NCBI GenBank assembly: GCA_050084985.1
Contig: JBITNC010000001.1
Coordinates: 1,054,001-1,118,000, forward strand
Source: Nageia nagi
Lineage: Eukaryota > Plantae > Pinophyta
DNA length: 64,000 nucleotides
Direction: 5' to 3'
Part shown: positions 62,000 to 64,000 of the stretch, in pieces
Position numbering within the stretch: position 1 is the stretch's first letter
Layout: every line of letters begins with the position of its first letter
Made by a program: the position numbers and the translations under genes
The notes under the pieces: generated by a model
What the model was told of the DNA's origin: nothing
Database searches by the model: none
The model's input: only the letters and a program-made list of their open reading frames with translations

Positions 62000-64000
62000 C
62001 AAACCTCTCCTTTATGTCATAGAAGTCCAAGCTTCTAATGCCCTATCCATTGAAAAATTAGCAACAAAGTGGTGTGACACATATAACCTAATGCACCTAT
62101 CTAAGTGCTTTTCTAATTTGTTTCATTATTTTGATTTAATGAATGATAAAGCAATGAAAAACTCTTTCATCTTCTAGTAACCCCAATAACATTGTTTAAC
62201 ATAATTCATACAAATAATAATATTTACTAATATCTTCTCTCAATATAGAATTTACATATAGTTTGACCCATTGTGAGTGAATGGCACCTACAACATGTGG
62301 ATTAGGTAATTTCTTGTATTGCACAAGCATGGTCAGTGCAAAATTATATGATTGTCTACTTAATAAATATTTATTTAAAAGATCATCAAATAGAATACCA
62401 TTGACTTCATAAGGTTTACAAAAAATGGGTAATCAGAACATCCATAAATTTTGTAAAAGTATTTTCAATAAGTTGTAACCCATTTGAATGACTCCAAAAA
62501 TTTGCATAGACAACACTCACTACTTTAATTAATTCATCTCTACTATTTTTTTTCTTGATTTCATTTACCAATTCCACACTAATATTCCTAAATTAGACCA
62601 TAGAACTACAACTGTTCTTTCAAATTGAACTAATCCATGAACTTATATTTCTTCAAACTCTAAGCCAATTGTATATTCATCTCTCAGATAAATATGCATT
62701 GAAATCATTCTCCCATTTACATTTAGACAAAGCTAATCATTAATATCAAATTTTAAGTAAGTATTTGGATGTTTGATATCAATTAACATTCTCCAATCTT
62801 GAAAATGTTTACCATCATAACTTGATTCTAAAATGTATCACATATTCAATTGTTGGAAAAGTTGAATTTTCAAATGGATGAAGTCATTTATGTATATATA
62901 TCTTTTTTGAGCATGTTTCATCAAGCTATTTAATAGTTGCAACATGGTAATCATACTTGCTAAAGTTAACAATGAGTCCAAATCTATTAATCGATCCAAA
63001 ATATCCTTGACCTTGTCAACAGTTCTCCTATTTACATGCACATAACTTGCAAGGGACTTATACTCACTAAGCATACTTCTTGCTAGTTCAAATAGAGATA
63101 TCCATCTTCTTTCTACATCTTTGAGTAGCCTTTTCACTTCTTTAATACCTACAACAAAAGCTTGAAAGCCCCATAATTTGTTTTCGGCTAATACCTCTAA
63201 AGGCATGGGACTCACATATTAAATTTTCAATATTTTTTACATTGTCATAATTGCTAACAATTTTATAGGTAAGAATTATTCTATGTGCCATGAAATGCAT
63301 TAGAATCACATAAGGGGCACTTCTTAATTTAATTATGATACAAAGGCCATTCCTCACACTATGCATAACCGAGGCTCCATCATAACCTACACGAATTAGA
63401 TTTTTTTCTAATTGAGAAATCATCCATACCAACAATCTCTTTTAAATGGGATAAAACCAAACTATAAATATTTTTTACATTGTAGTTCTCATCCATTTTA
63501 ACAATAGATAAAAGATGGGACACTCTTCTTAGTTTCTTAAAAGTGTACAAGTGAGTACATATCCATGATGTTTTTTTAATAGCTGTAACCCTCATCAATA
63601 GATAATGAAATGAATTATGCATTGGATACATATTTTTTAAATATTCCAACTCTATCATTTCTAGGCAATCTACTATTTCTCATGCAGTAGTTTCTAACCA
63701 ATGGGACTGAGAGATGTTCATTAACCTGACACACTGATATAACACCTTATAATCTACAAAGTATGAAATAGGCCTACCCTTTTTAAGAATATACAAAATT
63801 ATGTGAAATTGTATCTACTTAGCTAACAAGTTAGCATCATTCATTTTATCGAAATGGTATGAAATGTGTGCTCTAGTCCTTTAGATGTTTTCTTGCTCTT
63901 TTTGGAATTTAGCATATTATAAAGCATATTTACTATGATTGCATTTATCTTTAGATTTATACTAGCTTTCTCTAAGTAGTTTACCATCTGGTCCTTTTAT
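62000..64000 (-). mobile_element. hAT-superfamily transposase relic (ZNF862-like), continuing beyond the window
   Basis: GYDGASVM..NGL..APYVILMHFMAHRI (DGA and CxxH-like region), RRWIS, C-terminal EDERVF..LSFIKSK..NKLEKHLDRCIR dimerisation-like motif. Confidence 0.8.

Overview
AT-rich, transposon-dense plant nuclear DNA. The Penelope-like element and the LTR families point to a conifer-type gymnosperm (inference). There is one host gene, ATG9 (autophagy lipid scramblase, + strand). It has 9 coding exons at 31084-38974 with GT-AG introns in consistent phase, and a probable non-coding first exon at about 21.7-22.2 kb. Four single-base frameshifts break its frame. Three lie in homopolymer runs and a T run is the likeliest site of the fourth, which suggests consensus errors or very recent pseudogenisation. 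Its ~8.6-kb 5'-UTR intron holds a Penelope-like (Dryad-type) retroelement with a 195-bp tandem 3' repeat and a decayed hammerhead-like motif, a 1.67-kb TRIM-like element carrying a TMK-like LRR receptor-kinase fragment, and LINE debris. Bases 1-17.5 kb are a nest of at least four, probably five, LTR retrotransposons. The Copia family there carries a repeated bulged hairpin with compensatory changes in its 3' UTR. Downstream of ATG9 are an RTE/RTEX-type LINE fragment split by a tRNA-like SINE, a gag-only Copia derivative, Gypsy remnants, a 33-bp minisatellite, a complete degenerate Copia (55303-60501, TSD ATTGA) that splits a conifer-type accessory ORF, and a hAT transposase relic. Most ORFs in the supplied track are TE fragments or spurious. 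All family calls come from motif recognition by eye, not from database searches.
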